Assembly: GCA_973895155.1 (NCBI GenBank)
Contig: OZ316894.1
Coordinates: forward strand, 25,170,709 to 25,234,708
Reading direction: 5' to 3'
Origin: Marsupella aquatica
Taxonomy: Eukaryota; Plantae; Marchantiophyta
Length of the DNA: 64,000 nt
Shown here: one piece after another, positions 63,201-64,000 of the stretch
Layout of the letters: every line of letters starts with the position of its first letter
Numbering within the stretch: the stretch's first letter is position 1
Translations under genes and position numbers: made by a program
The notes under the pieces: generated by a model
What the model was told of the DNA's origin: nothing
What the model saw: only the letters and a program-made list of their open reading frames with translations
The model's database searches: none

Positions 63201-63869
63201 ATTTCATTACTCTTACTGCTTCAACAAAGAGCGTCATATTAATTTCGAGATTAAGTTATGGCAGTTTTGCAAGAGTCGCGGTTGGAATCAAAATGGCGAT
63301 CCGTGATAGTTTATTTGTGTACATATATAAGCACTCCCTGAAGGACAGAGGAGAGTTTTCTATTATGGAACTTGGAACATGCATAATTGGGAGCCACAGC
63401 AAGATACACAGTTTCATAGATCTTATATATGGGTGCATTCCTATCAGAAGAAAATGAGGGCATATTGCTTTTACTCTTAGTACTGCTTCCTTTCTTGTCA
63501 CATATTCTTTCCATGTTCTGAGATACTGGAATGCTGTACCTTATCCACTGTCTGCATCAGGTTGGCCTGGCCTAGTCCAATCGCATTTAGAAATTTCCCG
63601 AAATACCATAGTAGCAAGGGAAGAGTCAGTCCATGAACAATCCCACCGATGGTTCCGAAAAACATCAACACGTAATCGTACTTGTCAGCGAAGGAGTACA
63701 ACTGTGTGAAAGACACCATCCCCTGATCAGCATCCTGAGTACTGTCAACAGGAAGGGGCGGGCCATCATCTCCGCCGGTCTCGTTCCCAATCTTCGCCAG
63801 AGCTTTCTGGCTTCCCATCCAGGTCACTTCTTCGGTCCCAATCTTCGTCAGAGCTTTCGGGCTTCCCAT
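57292..63869 (-). CDS. Full-size ABCB (P-glycoprotein/MDR) transporter, ABCB1/19-like, about 11 exons
   Basis: TMD-NBD-TMD-NBD layout: [29 protein letters not shown], Walker A GSSGSGKS and [21 protein letters not shown] twice, [10 protein letters not shown] twice, VVAHRLST twice. First in-frame ATG at 63869; a start further upstream cannot be excluded. Confidence 0.95.
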
Positions 63870-63890
63870 CCAAGTCACTTCTTCGGTCCC
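63789..63890 (-). repeat. 51-bp tandem duplication spanning the likely ABCB start codon
   Basis: Encodes [17 protein letters not shown] / [17 protein letters not shown]. Confidence 0.9.
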
Positions 63891-64000
63891 ATTTCCACTC
63901 TTGTCATGTTGACTGCGTTTGGTGATTCCTTTGGGACATAGTTGCAACTCCTCTGGAATCACGCTGTCTCGCTTAAACAGCGAATAGAATGTCAGCGCCG

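Overview
Eukaryotic nuclear DNA from a land plant, probably a non-seed plant such as a bryophyte (inferred from short GT-AG introns, plant-type RPS15/RabC/ABCB sequences and a CCHCR1-like gene). Bases 1-12.8 kb are repeat-rich, with a tandem pair of FCP1/NIF-like HAD domains (one decayed) and an intronless orphan ORF. The gene-rich part holds a multi-exon CCHCR1-like coiled-coil gene (+), an organellar Der/EngA GTPase (-), an intron-retaining prohibitin pseudogene (+), an intronless F-box gene (-), Rab18/RabC (+), an NSUN/NOP2-family RNA methyltransferase (+) with a gene nested antisense in its first intron, RPS15 (+) and a full-size ABCB transporter (-). Mobile DNA includes two solo LTRs of one family, a minisatellite-filled Helitron-like element with two outward-facing 3' ends, an intronic MITE and a decayed tRNA-Asp-like sequence. 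I see no convincing multi-gene novel system. The best leads are the CCHCR1-like gene, the nested gene, the orphan ORF with its fold-back and the double-ended Helitron-like element. Exon coordinates were read by eye and protein similarities are from memory of the families, not from searches.
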